The notes under the pieces were generated by a model that saw only the letters and a list, made by a program, of their open reading frames with translations, searched no databases and was not told where the DNA came from. From positions 7,121-71,120 of the forward strand of contig CAYNBB010000001.1 of assembly GCA_964395655.1 (NCBI GenBank): a DNA stretch of 64,000 nt. The letters are read 5' to 3'. The DNA comes from an uncultured Azospirillaceae bacterium. Lineage in GTDB: Bacteria; Pseudomonadota; Alphaproteobacteria; RF32; CAG-239. Below, piece by piece: positions 38,994-48,307 of this stretch (positions are counted from its first letter, which is position 1; each line of letters starts with the position of its first letter). A program made the translations under genes and the position numbers.

Positions 38994-39050
38994 CCCCGTT
39001 GCCCAAACCGTTCAAATTCCGAAGGACAGGCCGGCAACGGGGATTTTTTG
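38994..39050 (+). terminator. Terminator of tyrS (10-bp stem with a large loop, plus T-run)
   Basis: ccccgttgcc ... ggcaacgggg followed by ATTTTTTG. Confidence 0.5.
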
Positions 39051-39131
39051 TAAAAAAAGATTGCATTTTTGTCTAAAAAGCCGTACTCTGCTTATGTCAA
39101 ATTAAGTTTTACAAATAAATAACAAATTATC

Positions 39132-39419
39132 ATGGCAGAAGAAAAGAATAAAGCACACAAGGTCATCAGATCGGCTTATGTGCAAAAATGTCTGGAATCA
39201 AACGAATTGTTTACGCTGTTTTTCGGATCGGAAGATAAAAATACGGTTCTGGAGCTTCCCAAAACATGGTTTCGCGGCGTCGGATGTCCTAAAAAGGGCT
39301 CCAAGATTACGCTGATTCAAGACGGAACAGAAGTAACCATGCTGATTAACAACAAGCAATTCTATCCGTCTCTCAATCCGTTGAGCATCAAAGACATTCC
39401 TTCGCGAAAATGCAAGTAA
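39132..39419 (+). CDS. Orphan 95-aa protein, possibly a swapped-hairpin (AbrB/MazE-like) DNA-binding fold
   Basis: The segment VLELPKTWFRGVGCPKKGSKITLIQDGTEVTM resembles the AbrB/MazE LP..R.LG...G..I.L..DG pattern. The gene is insulated by terminators on both sides. Confidence 0.35.
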   Translation: MAEEKNKAHKVIRSAYVQKCLESNELFTLFFGSEDKNTVLELPKTWFRGVGCPKKGSKITLIQDGTEVTMLINNKQFYPSLNPLSIKDIPSRKCK

Positions 39420-39430
39420 AAAAACGTTTT

Positions 39431-39466
39431 CAGGCCTGATCCGCTTGCGGATTCAGGCTTTTTTTA
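39431..39466 (+). terminator. Rho-independent terminator
   Basis: caggcctgatccgcttgcggattcaggc followed by TTTTTTT. Confidence 0.8.
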
Positions 39467-39574
39467 TATGTTAACGGCAGCTTTTTAAATTTGCCGTAAC
39501 AAAACGGCAAACATAGCTTGATATTTGCATTAGAAATCATTAAATTTAAGGAGCAGAACAGAGGAGAAAACAAT

Positions 39575-40027
39575 ATGAACAACAATCTGCCCGAATTGCG
39601 GGACATCCATCTGCCCGACGGAGTTTCCGCCTGGCCGCCGGCTTACGGCTGGTGGGTGATTCTGGCCGTTGTTCTCGGACTGTTGGCAGCGGCGCGTCTG
39701 TTTTCATTCCTGCGCAAGAAATCCAAAAAACTCTACGCTTTGCACCTTTTGAAAAACATTCACTGCAACAATACGCTGGATGCCGCGGTCGAAATGTCTA
39801 AAATTCTGCGCCGCATATGCGTTTACAAATATCCGGCGGCGGCCACCCTGTTCGGCCGGGAATGGATTTCTTTCCTAAACTCTGAAAGCCGGAACAAGCT
39901 TGAAGGAAAAAGCGCCGAACTGCTGATGAATGCGCCTTATATTGCCGAAAGAGGTGCACCGTTCACTTCCGCCGACGTTATCCGGTTGCGACAATTTTGC
40001 CAAGAATGGATAGGAGAAAACTTATGA
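39575..40027 (+). CDS. DUF4381-type small membrane protein (first gene of the Bat cluster)
   Basis: Single TM helix (WWVILAVVLGLLAAARLF). Translationally coupled (ATGA overlap) to batA. Confidence 0.6.
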   Translation: MNNNLPELRDIHLPDGVSAWPPAYGWWVILAVVLGLLAAARLFSFLRKKSKKLYALHLLKNIHCNNTLDAAVEMSKILRRICVYKYPAAATLFGREWISFLNSESRNKLEGKSAELLMNAPYIAERGAPFTSADVIRLRQFCQEWIGENL

Positions 40028-41013
40028 TACAATTTGCCTATCCGTTGATGTTCGTTCTTTTGTTTTTGCCGTTTGCGTTTCGCCGGCTGCTGCCTCCGCT
40101 CAAAGGCCTGCACGGCGACGCGCTCCGGGTTCCGTTTATCGGAGATCTGGAAAAAATCTCAATCCGATCCGGCGCGGCGTGGACGCTCGGCAGCAGCGGC
40201 AATTTTTCGCGTTTTTTTTGGATGCTGTACGGCGTCTGGTTTCTGCTGGTCTGCGCGGCGGCACGACCGCAGCTGCTCGGCGAGCCGATCCGTCTGGACA
40301 ACGAAAGCCGCGACATTATGCTGGTTCTGGATATCTCCACCTCTATGCTGGCACAAGACTTTGCCATCGGCAACCGGCGGATTGACCGTCTGACCGCAGT
40401 CAAAAAAACCGCTTCCGACTTTGTAAAAAAACGCGCCAACGACCGTATCGGTCTGATTTTGTTCGGCACGCGCGCTTATTTGCAGGCGCCTTTGACTTAT
40501 GACAAAAACGCTATCGACGAAACGCTGTGGTCAATGCAGGCCGGCATGGCCGGTGATTCCACAAGTATCGGCGACGCCCTCGGACTGGCGCTCAAAAATC
40601 TGCAAAATGCCAAAGACCTGCAAAACAAGATCATTATCCTGCTGACCGACGGCGAAAACAACGACGGCAGCATCTCGCTGGCACAAGCGCTCAAGCTCGC
40701 TACGGACGAAGGCATCAAGACCTACACCATCGGCGTGGGCTCGCAAAATTTGTTTCTAAGCTCGTTGTTCGGACAGGTTCGCGGAATTGACGAGCAAGAC
40801 CTCGACGCCATTGCCCGCGCCACCAAAGGCCGATATTTCCGCGCCGGCAATACGCAGGCTCTGCAACAGATTTATAACGTCATCGACAGTCTGGAACCGG
40901 CACGCAACGAAGACCGTTTTGTCCGCGAAACCAGAGAGCTTTATTATATTCCGCTGCTGGCGGCAGTTTTGTCCGCATTGGTTTTGGCCTATGCTTTAAG
41001 GAGGGCCGGATAA
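40024..41013 (+). CDS. batA: BatA: von Willebrand factor A domain membrane protein (aerotolerance cluster)
   Basis: N-terminal TM helices plus a vWA domain with a MIDAS motif (DISTSM...D.S). Confidence 0.8.
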   Translation: MIQFAYPLMFVLLFLPFAFRRLLPPLKGLHGDALRVPFIGDLEKISIRSGAAWTLGSSGNFSRFFWMLYGVWFLLVCAAARPQLLGEPIRLDNESRDIMLVLDISTSMLAQDFAIGNRRIDRLTAVKKTASDFVKKRANDRIGLILFGTRAYLQAPLTYDKNAIDETLWSMQAGMAGDSTSIGDALGLALKNLQNAKDLQNKIIILLTDGENNDGSISLAQALKLATDEGIKTYTIGVGSQNLFLSSLFGQVRGIDEQDLDAIARATKGRYFRAGNTQALQQIYNVIDSLEPARNEDRFVRETRELYYIPLLAAVLSALVLAYALRRAG

Positions 41014-42740
41014 TGGACGAGTTTCTGATTAAATTTCATTTTCTGCGGCCGTGGCTCCTGCTGCTCGCACTGATCCCGCTGCTTGGTTTTGCACGTAGCT
41101 TCAAAGGACGTGGCCTACAATCTTCGTGGCAGAAAATCGTTGATGCGCGGCTGCTGGATTTTCTGCTTGTCCGCGGCTCGTCCGCCCAGCGCCGTTTTTT
41201 AAGCCTGGTCGCGCTGGCCGGTTTTTTGACGGCGATTGCCGCAGTGGCTGGTCCGAGCTGGAAAAAAATCGAAATCCCGGCGTTGACACCTCAGAATTCG
41301 GCGATAATTCTGCTCAACCTCTCAAGCGACATGAAAGAAACCGATTTTTCGCCAAGCCGGCTTGACCGCGCCAAATACAAAATCAAAGACCTGCTGCAAC
41401 TGCTCGGCGGCACACAGACCGGACTGGAGGTTTATTCGGGAGAACCGTTTGTCGTCTCGCCCATGACCGATGACACAAACGTTTTGGTCAACCTGCTGCC
41501 GGCAATCGACTACAACATCATGCCTCTTAACGGCGACCGGCTTGACCGCGCGATAGATCTGGCGGTCGAAAGACTTAAGTCGGCGCAGTATCCGCAGGGC
41601 GAAATCATTGTCTTTGCCCCCGACGTTGGCCAAAAATTCGAACAGGCTCTTGAGGCTGCCCGTCGTGCCAAAGACAACGGTTACAGCGTTAACGTCATCG
41701 GCATAACGACCGGAAATTCCGACAAGCTCGAAATGACGGCCAAAACCGGCGGCGGCATTTATGTCCGGTTGCAAAACGGCGATGCTGACATCGCGCCGCT
41801 GGCACAAAAAATTGCACACGGCCAAACAGCTTTCGGCGAAGGCAGAAACCTGCATTCGGTCTGGTTGGATTACGGTTGGTATCTGCTGGCGTTGCCGCTG
41901 CTGTGCTGTCTTTATTTTTTCCGTCGCGGCATTTTTACCCTTGCAGGCCTTTGCCTGCTTTGTCCCACGGCAGAAGCGAGTTTCTTTTTCAATGCCGATC
42001 AGGACGGGCTCAGAGCCTTTAACAATCAGGATTATCCGACAGCAGCCAAGACTTTCGAAGCGCCGGAATGGAAAGGTGCGAGCTACTACCGGCAGGGCGA
42101 ATATGACAAAGCCTATGCCGAATATTCAAAAGGCGACAACGAAACGGCGCTTTATAATCAGGGAAACGCGCTGGCCAAAAGCGGCAAAATCGATGAAGCA
42201 ATCGCCAAATACGAAGAGGTGCTCAAACTCAGCCCGGCTCATGAAGACGCCAAATTTAACCTTGAATACTTAAAGCAACAGAAAGAACAGCAGCAAGATC
42301 GGCAACAATCGCAGCAAAACCAACAGCAACAGTCTCAGCAGGGACAGGAAAAAGAACAGAATCAGGAGCAGCAGAGTCAGACGCCGAGCAATCAGCAGAA
42401 TGATGAACAGCAGCCCCAAGAGAATGGAAACGAGCAACAGAGCGGACAAGCGGAAGCAAATTCCGCCGAGCAGGAAGAACAAGATTCCGACGACAGGCGG
42501 CAAAACGAAGCCAATCAGCAATCGCCGCAGGAGCTTGAGCAATCTTCAGAACAGGAACAAAACGGACAGCAGGGCGGCGCCGTTCAACAGCAGGGACAGG
42601 AAGACGAAGAAGAATATGACGAGAAGATCCAGGCGCGCGCTCAGCAGCTGCGCGAAATTCCCGAAGACGCCGGCGGTCTGTTGCGTGCGTTTATCGCGCA
42701 GGAATACCGCCGCAACCGTTATCGTGACAGTCAGGAGTAA
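41013..42740 (+). CDS. batB: BatB/BatC fusion: vWA domain, TPR repeats and a Gln/Glu-rich low-complexity tail
   Basis: TM helices, vWA (LLNLSSDM), TPR (YYRQGEYDKAYAEY...GNALAKSGKIDEAIAKYEEVLKL), then a ~150-aa Q/E-rich tail. Confidence 0.75.
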   Translation: MDEFLIKFHFLRPWLLLLALIPLLGFARSFKGRGLQSSWQKIVDARLLDFLLVRGSSAQRRFLSLVALAGFLTAIAAVAGPSWKKIEIPALTPQNSAIILLNLSSDMKETDFSPSRLDRAKYKIKDLLQLLGGTQTGLEVYSGEPFVVSPMTDDTNVLVNLLPAIDYNIMPLNGDRLDRAIDLAVERLKSAQYPQGEIIVFAPDVGQKFEQALEAARRAKDNGYSVNVIGITTGNSDKLEMTAKTGGGIYVRLQNGDADIAPLAQKIAHGQTAFGEGRNLHSVWLDYGWYLLALPLLCCLYFFRRGIFTLAGLCLLCPTAEASFFFNADQDGLRAFNNQDYPTAAKTFEAPEWKGASYYRQGEYDKAYAEYSKGDNETALYNQGNALAKSGKIDEAIAKYEEVLKLSPAHEDAKFNLEYLKQQKEQQQDRQQSQQNQQQQSQQGQEKEQNQEQQSQTPSNQQNDEQQPQENGNEQQSGQAEANSAEQEEQDSDDRRQNEANQQSPQELEQSSEQEQNGQQGGAVQQQGQEDEEEYDEKIQARAQQLREIPEDAGGLLRAFIAQEYRRNRYRDSQE

Positions 42741-42746
42741 AAAATC

Positions 42747-44474
42747 ATGAAAAAATTTGTCAGTACAATTTTAGGACTCGTTTTTTTGTGGAACACTTCG
42801 GCGGCCGCCCAGAGTTTTGACGCGACGGTCAACCGCAACAAGATTCCCGAAGGAGAAACTTTTTTACTGACGCTTGAACTTAACGGCGGCAGAACCGCTG
42901 CCTCTCCCGATTTAAGCGCACTTAACGCCGACTTCACCACTTACTCTGTTTCCAATGCGTTCCGCACGACCGTTATTAACGGCAAAGCCCGGCAATCGCA
43001 ACAGTGGAACCTCGTTTTGATGCCGAATAAAACCGGCAGCCTGACAATTCCCGCTCTGAAACTTGACAACCTCGAGAGCAAACCGATTACCATTGAAGTC
43101 AGCGCCGCCGGCAGCGAGATCAATGCACCGGCAGGAAACGACGGCAGCGGCAAACAGCTTGACAAATTTTCGCTCAAAGGCAGCGTTGACAATAAAAATC
43201 CTTTTGTGCAGGAGCAAATCGTCTATACCCTCAGACTGACCGACCGCGGCGGCCTGCAAGGCGAAGAGCCCTATTTTGAAGGCAGCGGCAATGACTGGAT
43301 TATCAAAAGTCTCGGCGCGCCGGAAGTAAACTCGCAGATTGTCAACGGGCAGACAACCCGAGAGCTTGTTTTCAAATATGCGTTGTTTCCGCAAAAAAGC
43401 GGCTCGCTGACAATTCCGGCAGTCAAATTCCGCGGTTTTTATCTGACCAAAGAAAGCCGCAACGATCCGTTCGGACGCTTTTTCAACGATGACATATTTT
43501 TGGGCGGTTTCGGCATGACCGACGTCTTTGCAACTAAAAACCCGATTTTTTTGAGCACCAAACCGATTGCGATTGAGGTCAGGCCGGCTCCTGAAGGCAT
43601 CGGCAAATGGTGGTTGCCGGCTCAGGACGTCAGAATCTTTGCGCAGTTTGAACCAAGCAAGCCCGATTTTAAGGTCGGCGAAGCCGTTACCCGAACAATT
43701 TATCTGCAGGCAACCGGCGTTATCGACAGCCAGCTGCCGGAAATCAAATTTGCGCAGGCGCAAGGCCTCAAACAATACCCCGAAAAACCGGAGACAATCA
43801 TGAAAGTGCAAAACGGACAGGTTGTTTCGACCGAGAAAATCGCCAACGTTTATATTCCCGCGCAAAGCGGCGAACTTACCCTGCCAGCTATCAGCGTACC
43901 GTGGTTTAACGTCAATACCGGGCAAACGGAAACAGCGCGCATCCCCGAGCAGAAAATAACCGTCGGCGGCAACGCGGCACCGGCGACAACGGCGCCACAG
44001 ACACAAGTCGTGCAAACCGGCTCAAACGCGTCCTTACAACCGAAAGTTGTGCAGGAACTCCCCCAGGCTGAAATTTATCTGCTGCTCGGCGCGGCCTTCG
44101 GTTTCGGAATCATTCTCAGTTTCGCGCTGATGAAACTGTTTTCCGGCCGCCGCAGTGAAAAATCACCCGGCAATCCGCTCAAAGAGATTCGCAAAGCAGC
44201 GCAGAACAGAGACTTGCGCAAGCTTCGAGACGCCGTTTTGCTGTGGGCAGGCAACCGTTATCCTGAAGCGCAGATATTCAGCCTGAACGACGTCGAAGAT
44301 TTGGTCGGAGACCGTTCTTTCAACTGCGAACTTGAAAAGCTCGGCGAAGCCCTGTACGCCAATCAGGAAGCCGAATGGAACGCTGAGACTTTTTTAAAGG
44401 TCTTTGACAGGATCAACAAGACAAAGATAAGGAAGAAACATGACAACGAACTGCTCCCCAAACTCTACAAATAA
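42747..44474 (+). CDS. batD: BatD (oxygen-tolerance protein), signal peptide plus C-terminal TM
   Basis: Signal peptide and repeated BatD beta-domain blocks (SLTIPALKLDN; SLTIPAVKFRG). C-terminal helix LLLGAAFGFGIILSF. Confidence 0.75.
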   Translation: MKKFVSTILGLVFLWNTSAAAQSFDATVNRNKIPEGETFLLTLELNGGRTAASPDLSALNADFTTYSVSNAFRTTVINGKARQSQQWNLVLMPNKTGSLTIPALKLDNLESKPITIEVSAAGSEINAPAGNDGSGKQLDKFSLKGSVDNKNPFVQEQIVYTLRLTDRGGLQGEEPYFEGSGNDWIIKSLGAPEVNSQIVNGQTTRELVFKYALFPQKSGSLTIPAVKFRGFYLTKESRNDPFGRFFNDDIFLGGFGMTDVFATKNPIFLSTKPIAIEVRPAPEGIGKWWLPAQDVRIFAQFEPSKPDFKVGEAVTRTIYLQATGVIDSQLPEIKFAQAQGLKQYPEKPETIMKVQNGQVVSTEKIANVYIPAQSGELTLPAISVPWFNVNTGQTETARIPEQKITVGGNAAPATTAPQTQVVQTGSNASLQPKVVQELPQAEIYLLLGAAFGFGIILSFALMKLFSGRRSEKSPGNPLKEIRKAAQNRDLRKLRDAVLLWAGNRYPEAQIFSLNDVEDLVGDRSFNCELEKLGEALYANQEAEWNAETFLKVFDRINKTKIRKKHDNELLPKLYK

Positions 44475-45312
44475 TATTCTGTATTTGAAAAGAATCACTT
44501 ATGACGGCGACGCTTTTGAGAGTTATTACATTCCGGCGGCAGAAGTAGACGCTGCCCTGAAAAGAGGCTCAGTTCCGCTACTTAAAATTGACGGCGCGCC
44601 GCAAAACGGCCCCAAAACGGCGATTATTCTCGGACAAGAGAAGCATCCCGAACGCTTCGAAAAGGATTATTCGCTGCATCCGGATTATGCCCATGTTATT
44701 CTTGAAGCCGGCGGTAATCCTTATTTTATTTTTTATGACAATATCCGCGAACAGCTTGAAAACATCCGCCCCGACGCGATTTTTCTGATCGGCGGAATTT
44801 TCAACTCGCCGGCGGCATGGTATGACGTCCCGGCGGAAGAAATTGACAAACGAGGTCTGGCTTATCTGACGCTGCTTGATTATGCCAAAGAAAACAAACT
44901 GCCTGTTTTGGGCATCTGCGCCGGCATGCAGATGCTGGCCGGTTATTTCGGCGCCAAAATGCAAAAAGGCATCAACGACGGTCGAAGCCCGAAACAATCG
45001 CACAAGCAAAACGGCGAAAAAATCGTCCACCGGGTTTTGATAAAAGACGGAACGCTGCTCGCCTCAATTGTCGGAAGCAACGCAATTATGACAAACTCTT
45101 CGCATAATGAAGCCGTTATCGCCGGCAGTTGCGGCAACATCACCGTTTCTGCTCAGGCGGACGACGGCATTGTCGAAGCTGTCGAGCCCGTAAACGGCTG
45201 GAACAAATTTCTGCTCGGACTTCAATGGCATCCGGAACGTCTGGTCAAACAAGGAGACATAGCGGCTCAAGCCATTTTCAAATCTTTTATAAAAAGTGCA
45301 AAACATGATTAA
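44440..45312 (+). CDS. Class I glutamine amidotransferase-like / peptidase C26 (gamma-glutamyl hydrolase family)
   Basis: Catalytic Cys motif LGICAGMQML and H.E near the C-terminus (LQWHPE). Confidence 0.75.
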   Translation: MTTNCSPNSTNNILYLKRITYDGDAFESYYIPAAEVDAALKRGSVPLLKIDGAPQNGPKTAIILGQEKHPERFEKDYSLHPDYAHVILEAGGNPYFIFYDNIREQLENIRPDAIFLIGGIFNSPAAWYDVPAEEIDKRGLAYLTLLDYAKENKLPVLGICAGMQMLAGYFGAKMQKGINDGRSPKQSHKQNGEKIVHRVLIKDGTLLASIVGSNAIMTNSSHNEAVIAGSCGNITVSAQADDGIVEAVEPVNGWNKFLLGLQWHPERLVKQGDIAAQAIFKSFIKSAKHD

Positions 45313-45913
45313 CAGGCTTAAGGAAATAAACGATTTGCATTTTATCGTCGACCTGATGTATGCCGGAACCGCGCATAACATGACCGGGCGACCGGTTTAC
45401 CGGGAAATCGGCCTCGGCAACAGAGCCTTGGTTCATCAGGACTTATGGAACAAACTCGAAAAGCTGGTTCCGTGGCTTGAAGTACGCCGGCGCAAAATCA
45501 AAGTTTTTGACGCCTACCGACCGCCGCTGGCACATTGCATGCTGCGTGAGATTATTCCGCAGCCGGGTTTCTTTGCGCCTGATCCGTCGGTTTCGCCTCA
45601 CTGCCGCGCCGCGGCCGTTGACGTATGCCTGACCGACGAGAACGGCGTTGAGCTTGAATACCCGACGGCGGTTGACGCCTATGATCCGTATTATGCACAA
45701 GAAGTTCAAAGCGGCCACAGCGAAGCGTTTTTCGAATATCTTAAACAGGCGCGCCATGATTATGTCGGGGGAACGAAAGAAGCGCGCAAAAACCGTGACG
45801 AACTTCGCGAATTAATGGAAAGCGTCGGACTGAAAGCCCTCCCCCACGAATGGTGGCATTATGAACTGCCGCACGGCCGCGAAGACGACCGTTATCCCGT
45901 AATAAATCGGTGA
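45296..45913 (+). CDS. ddpX: D-alanyl-D-alanine dipeptidase (peptidase M15D, VanX/DdpX-like)
   Basis: H..G.AVD (SPHCRAAAVD) and an EWWHYE motif. Confidence 0.75.
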   Translation: MQNMINRLKEINDLHFIVDLMYAGTAHNMTGRPVYREIGLGNRALVHQDLWNKLEKLVPWLEVRRRKIKVFDAYRPPLAHCMLREIIPQPGFFAPDPSVSPHCRAAAVDVCLTDENGVELEYPTAVDAYDPYYAQEVQSGHSEAFFEYLKQARHDYVGGTKEARKNRDELRELMESVGLKALPHEWWHYELPHGREDDRYPVINR

Positions 45914-46008
45914 TAACGCGCTTCCTTTTCAAAATCTTCTATAAAATCAAGCCGAAATGTCCCGACATCCATGCCTCGATTATCGAAATCACATGACAAG
46001 GCTTTTGC

Positions 46009-46254
46009 CTAATGGACGCTGTGCGGCTCCATGTCATTTTGCCTTGCGACAATAAAGGCAAAATCGCGGTTATCGGTAGCGGCTATCTTTTCACCCTCGG
46101 CATTGCAGATAAGCCACATCGGCTTACCGTCATATTCGCCATGTTTGATAAAAGCGAAATTATCGTCATTCCACTCGTCTTCGCCGAGCAGTCCCTCAAT
46201 TTCAGTCAACATATTCTTGTCTAACATTTTTCTCTCTTTAACATTTAGAAACAT
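46009..46254 (-). CDS. Small hypothetical protein (81 aa)
   Basis: An ORF with a plausible start, divergent from the sensor kinase. No family assigned. Confidence 0.4.
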   Translation of the reverse strand: MFLNVKERKMLDKNMLTEIEGLLGEDEWNDDNFAFIKHGEYDGKPMWLICNAEGEKIAATDNRDFAFIVARQNDMEPHSVH

Positions 46255-46304
46255 TTTAACATGTATAATGTTAAATATTAACTAACAATTTCCGAGGTTG
46301 CCTC

Positions 46305-47978
46305 ATGTTTGTCAGCATTAACAAAAAAATCATTTACAGCATTCTCTTCTTGTTTTTGTTTACGTCGGTAATTTTCGTTTCTACGTTCTATATCGTTTAC
46401 GGCAATAAAATTCAGGAAGAGCAGTTATACAGCATTCAGCGCAATCAGCAATACATTGATCTCCTGTATCAAAACATCAACATGATTAAGGACTTGCGCA
46501 CCATCGTCGGAGACAATCCCAAACTTAAAATTGACAAGGCCATAAAAGACAAAATCTTTGCCTCCGAACAAGGCCAGATAAAAGAGCTTTCAAGCAGAAA
46601 AGAACAAATGGCCAAAGCCAACCAGAGCTTCGACGAACGTTATCAGGCAATTCAAACCAGTCTGCAAATTTTCGGCATCAGCTCAATTTTGCTGTTTATT
46701 ACCATCATTCTGGTCGGCTATCTGATCAGCCGCTGGGTTTTGATGCCTATTAACAGGATTTCCGCCGTTTCCGAAAAAGTGTCTGCCGGAAATCTTAAAA
46801 TTCGCATTCAAAATCCCAAACAGGCTTTCTTCAAAGACGAACTCAACAATCTGACAGACACGTTTAACCTTATGCTCGACAACCTCGAAAGCGTTATTCG
46901 TGAAGTCAAAGACAAAGAGGCCTTCCTGCAGGCGCTGATCGACAGTATCCCCGATGGCATTCGCGTTATTGACAAAGATTACAACATCATTATAGCAAAC
47001 AAAGCTTATTACAATCAAATCGGCTGTCATAAAAACAAACCGCTTAAATGTTATAAAGCGGCACAAAATATAAGCCATCCCTGCAGCGAACAAACCCATC
47101 ACTGCCCGCTGCGCGCTATCTTGCGGCAAAAGGCACAAAATGTCCGCGTCATCCAAAAGTTTTACAAACATCCTAACCGTCATCTGTCAATTAATGCCGC
47201 CCCGCTGATGCATTACGGCAAAGAGGGCTACATTGTCGAATCGATCCGCGATCTCAGCGATGACATCAACTTCTCGCATCAACAAAAACTTTCATCGCTG
47301 GGCTTCCTGTCAACATCAATCGCCCATGAGATGAAAAATCAGCTCGGCGCCCTGCGCATGATTGTTGAACGCCTCAATGACAAATATTACCAAAACAAAC
47401 CCGACACCGCCGAAGACAAAAAACTGCTCAATCTGGTGCATTCCGAACTGATCAACTGTATCGACATCCCCGAACGGCTGCTCAAACTGACACGAAATTC
47501 GTCGTCCGCAACCGGCGACATAGACTGTGCCTCAAGCATCCGCGACATCATCAGCCTGCTTGACTTTGAAGCCAAAAGCAAAGGAATTACCATTTCCTTG
47601 TACGCCCCCGAAACAGCAAGTCCCATCCGCGGCAGCGAAGCCGATTTCAAGATGGTCGGCATCAATCTGATTCTCAATGCGCTTAAAGCTATTGAAGACA
47701 CGGGACAAATTGACATCACTCTTAAGGAAACGTCTAAAAACATTGTCATCGACTTTGCCGACAACGGCATCGGCATTCCCGAACAAAACCTCAACCGCAT
47801 TTTCGATCCGTTCTTTTCCAACGGTTCGGACAGTTCAAACAAAGGCAACGGCCTCGGATTATCAATTTCCAGATCAATCGTCGAAAAGGCCGGAGGCACC
47901 ATCAGCGTCAAAAGCAAGGTCGGAAAAGGCAGCGTCTTCACCTTGTCCTTCCCGAAAATAAAAAATCTTGCAAAATAA
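46305..47978 (+). CDS. Sensor histidine kinase (TM-HAMP-PAS-HisKA-HATPase), orphan
   Basis: H-box FLSTSIAHEMKNQLGAL, then N, G1 (DNGIGI) and G2 (GNGLGL) boxes. PAS region with Cys-rich segment. No cognate response regulator nearby. Confidence 0.9.
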   Translation: MFVSINKKIIYSILFLFLFTSVIFVSTFYIVYGNKIQEEQLYSIQRNQQYIDLLYQNINMIKDLRTIVGDNPKLKIDKAIKDKIFASEQGQIKELSSRKEQMAKANQSFDERYQAIQTSLQIFGISSILLFITIILVGYLISRWVLMPINRISAVSEKVSAGNLKIRIQNPKQAFFKDELNNLTDTFNLMLDNLESVIREVKDKEAFLQALIDSIPDGIRVIDKDYNIIIANKAYYNQIGCHKNKPLKCYKAAQNISHPCSEQTHHCPLRAILRQKAQNVRVIQKFYKHPNRHLSINAAPLMHYGKEGYIVESIRDLSDDINFSHQQKLSSLGFLSTSIAHEMKNQLGALRMIVERLNDKYYQNKPDTAEDKKLLNLVHSELINCIDIPERLLKLTRNSSSATGDIDCASSIRDIISLLDFEAKSKGITISLYAPETASPIRGSEADFKMVGINLILNALKAIEDTGQIDITLKETSKNIVIDFADNGIGIPEQNLNRIFDPFFSNGSDSSNKGNGLGLSISRSIVEKAGGTISVKSKVGKGSVFTLSFPKIKNLAK

Positions 47979-48029
47979 AGATTATCGGTTTATTAATATG
48001 CAAAACATAACCAAACAAAGGATTTTTTT

Positions 48030-48251
48030 ATGAGTAAAGAAGAGTTATTGGAACTCACCGGTGAAGTTGTAGAAAAGCTTCCAAACGCCATGTTTCGCGT
48101 CAAGTTAGAAAACGGCGTCGAAATCTTGGCGCATACCGCCGGCAAAATGCGCAAGTTCCGCATCAGAGTTATGGTCGGTGACAAAGTGGATATCGAGATG
48201 ACGCCTTATGACCTGACCAAAGGCAGAATTACTTTCCGCCATAAAGAATAA
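48030..48251 (+). CDS. infA: Translation initiation factor IF-1
   Basis: 73 aa. S1-like OB fold ([43 protein letters not shown]). Confidence 0.97.
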   Translation: MSKEELLELTGEVVEKLPNAMFRVKLENGVEILAHTAGKMRKFRIRVMVGDKVDIEMTPYDLTKGRITFRHKE

Positions 48252-48254
48252 CAG

Positions 48255-48281
48255 AAAACCGCTCTAAAGAGCGGTTTTTTG
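48255..48281 (+). terminator. Rho-independent terminator of infA
   Basis: aaaaccgctctaaagagcggtttttt. Confidence 0.85.
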
Positions 48282-48307
48282 ATTATTCGCAAACAAAAAT
48301 ATTCCGT

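Noticed and set aside
42270-42542. 90-aa Leu-rich minus-strand ORF
   Set aside because: It is antisense to the CAG/GAA-rich BatB tail, so it is a low-complexity artefact.
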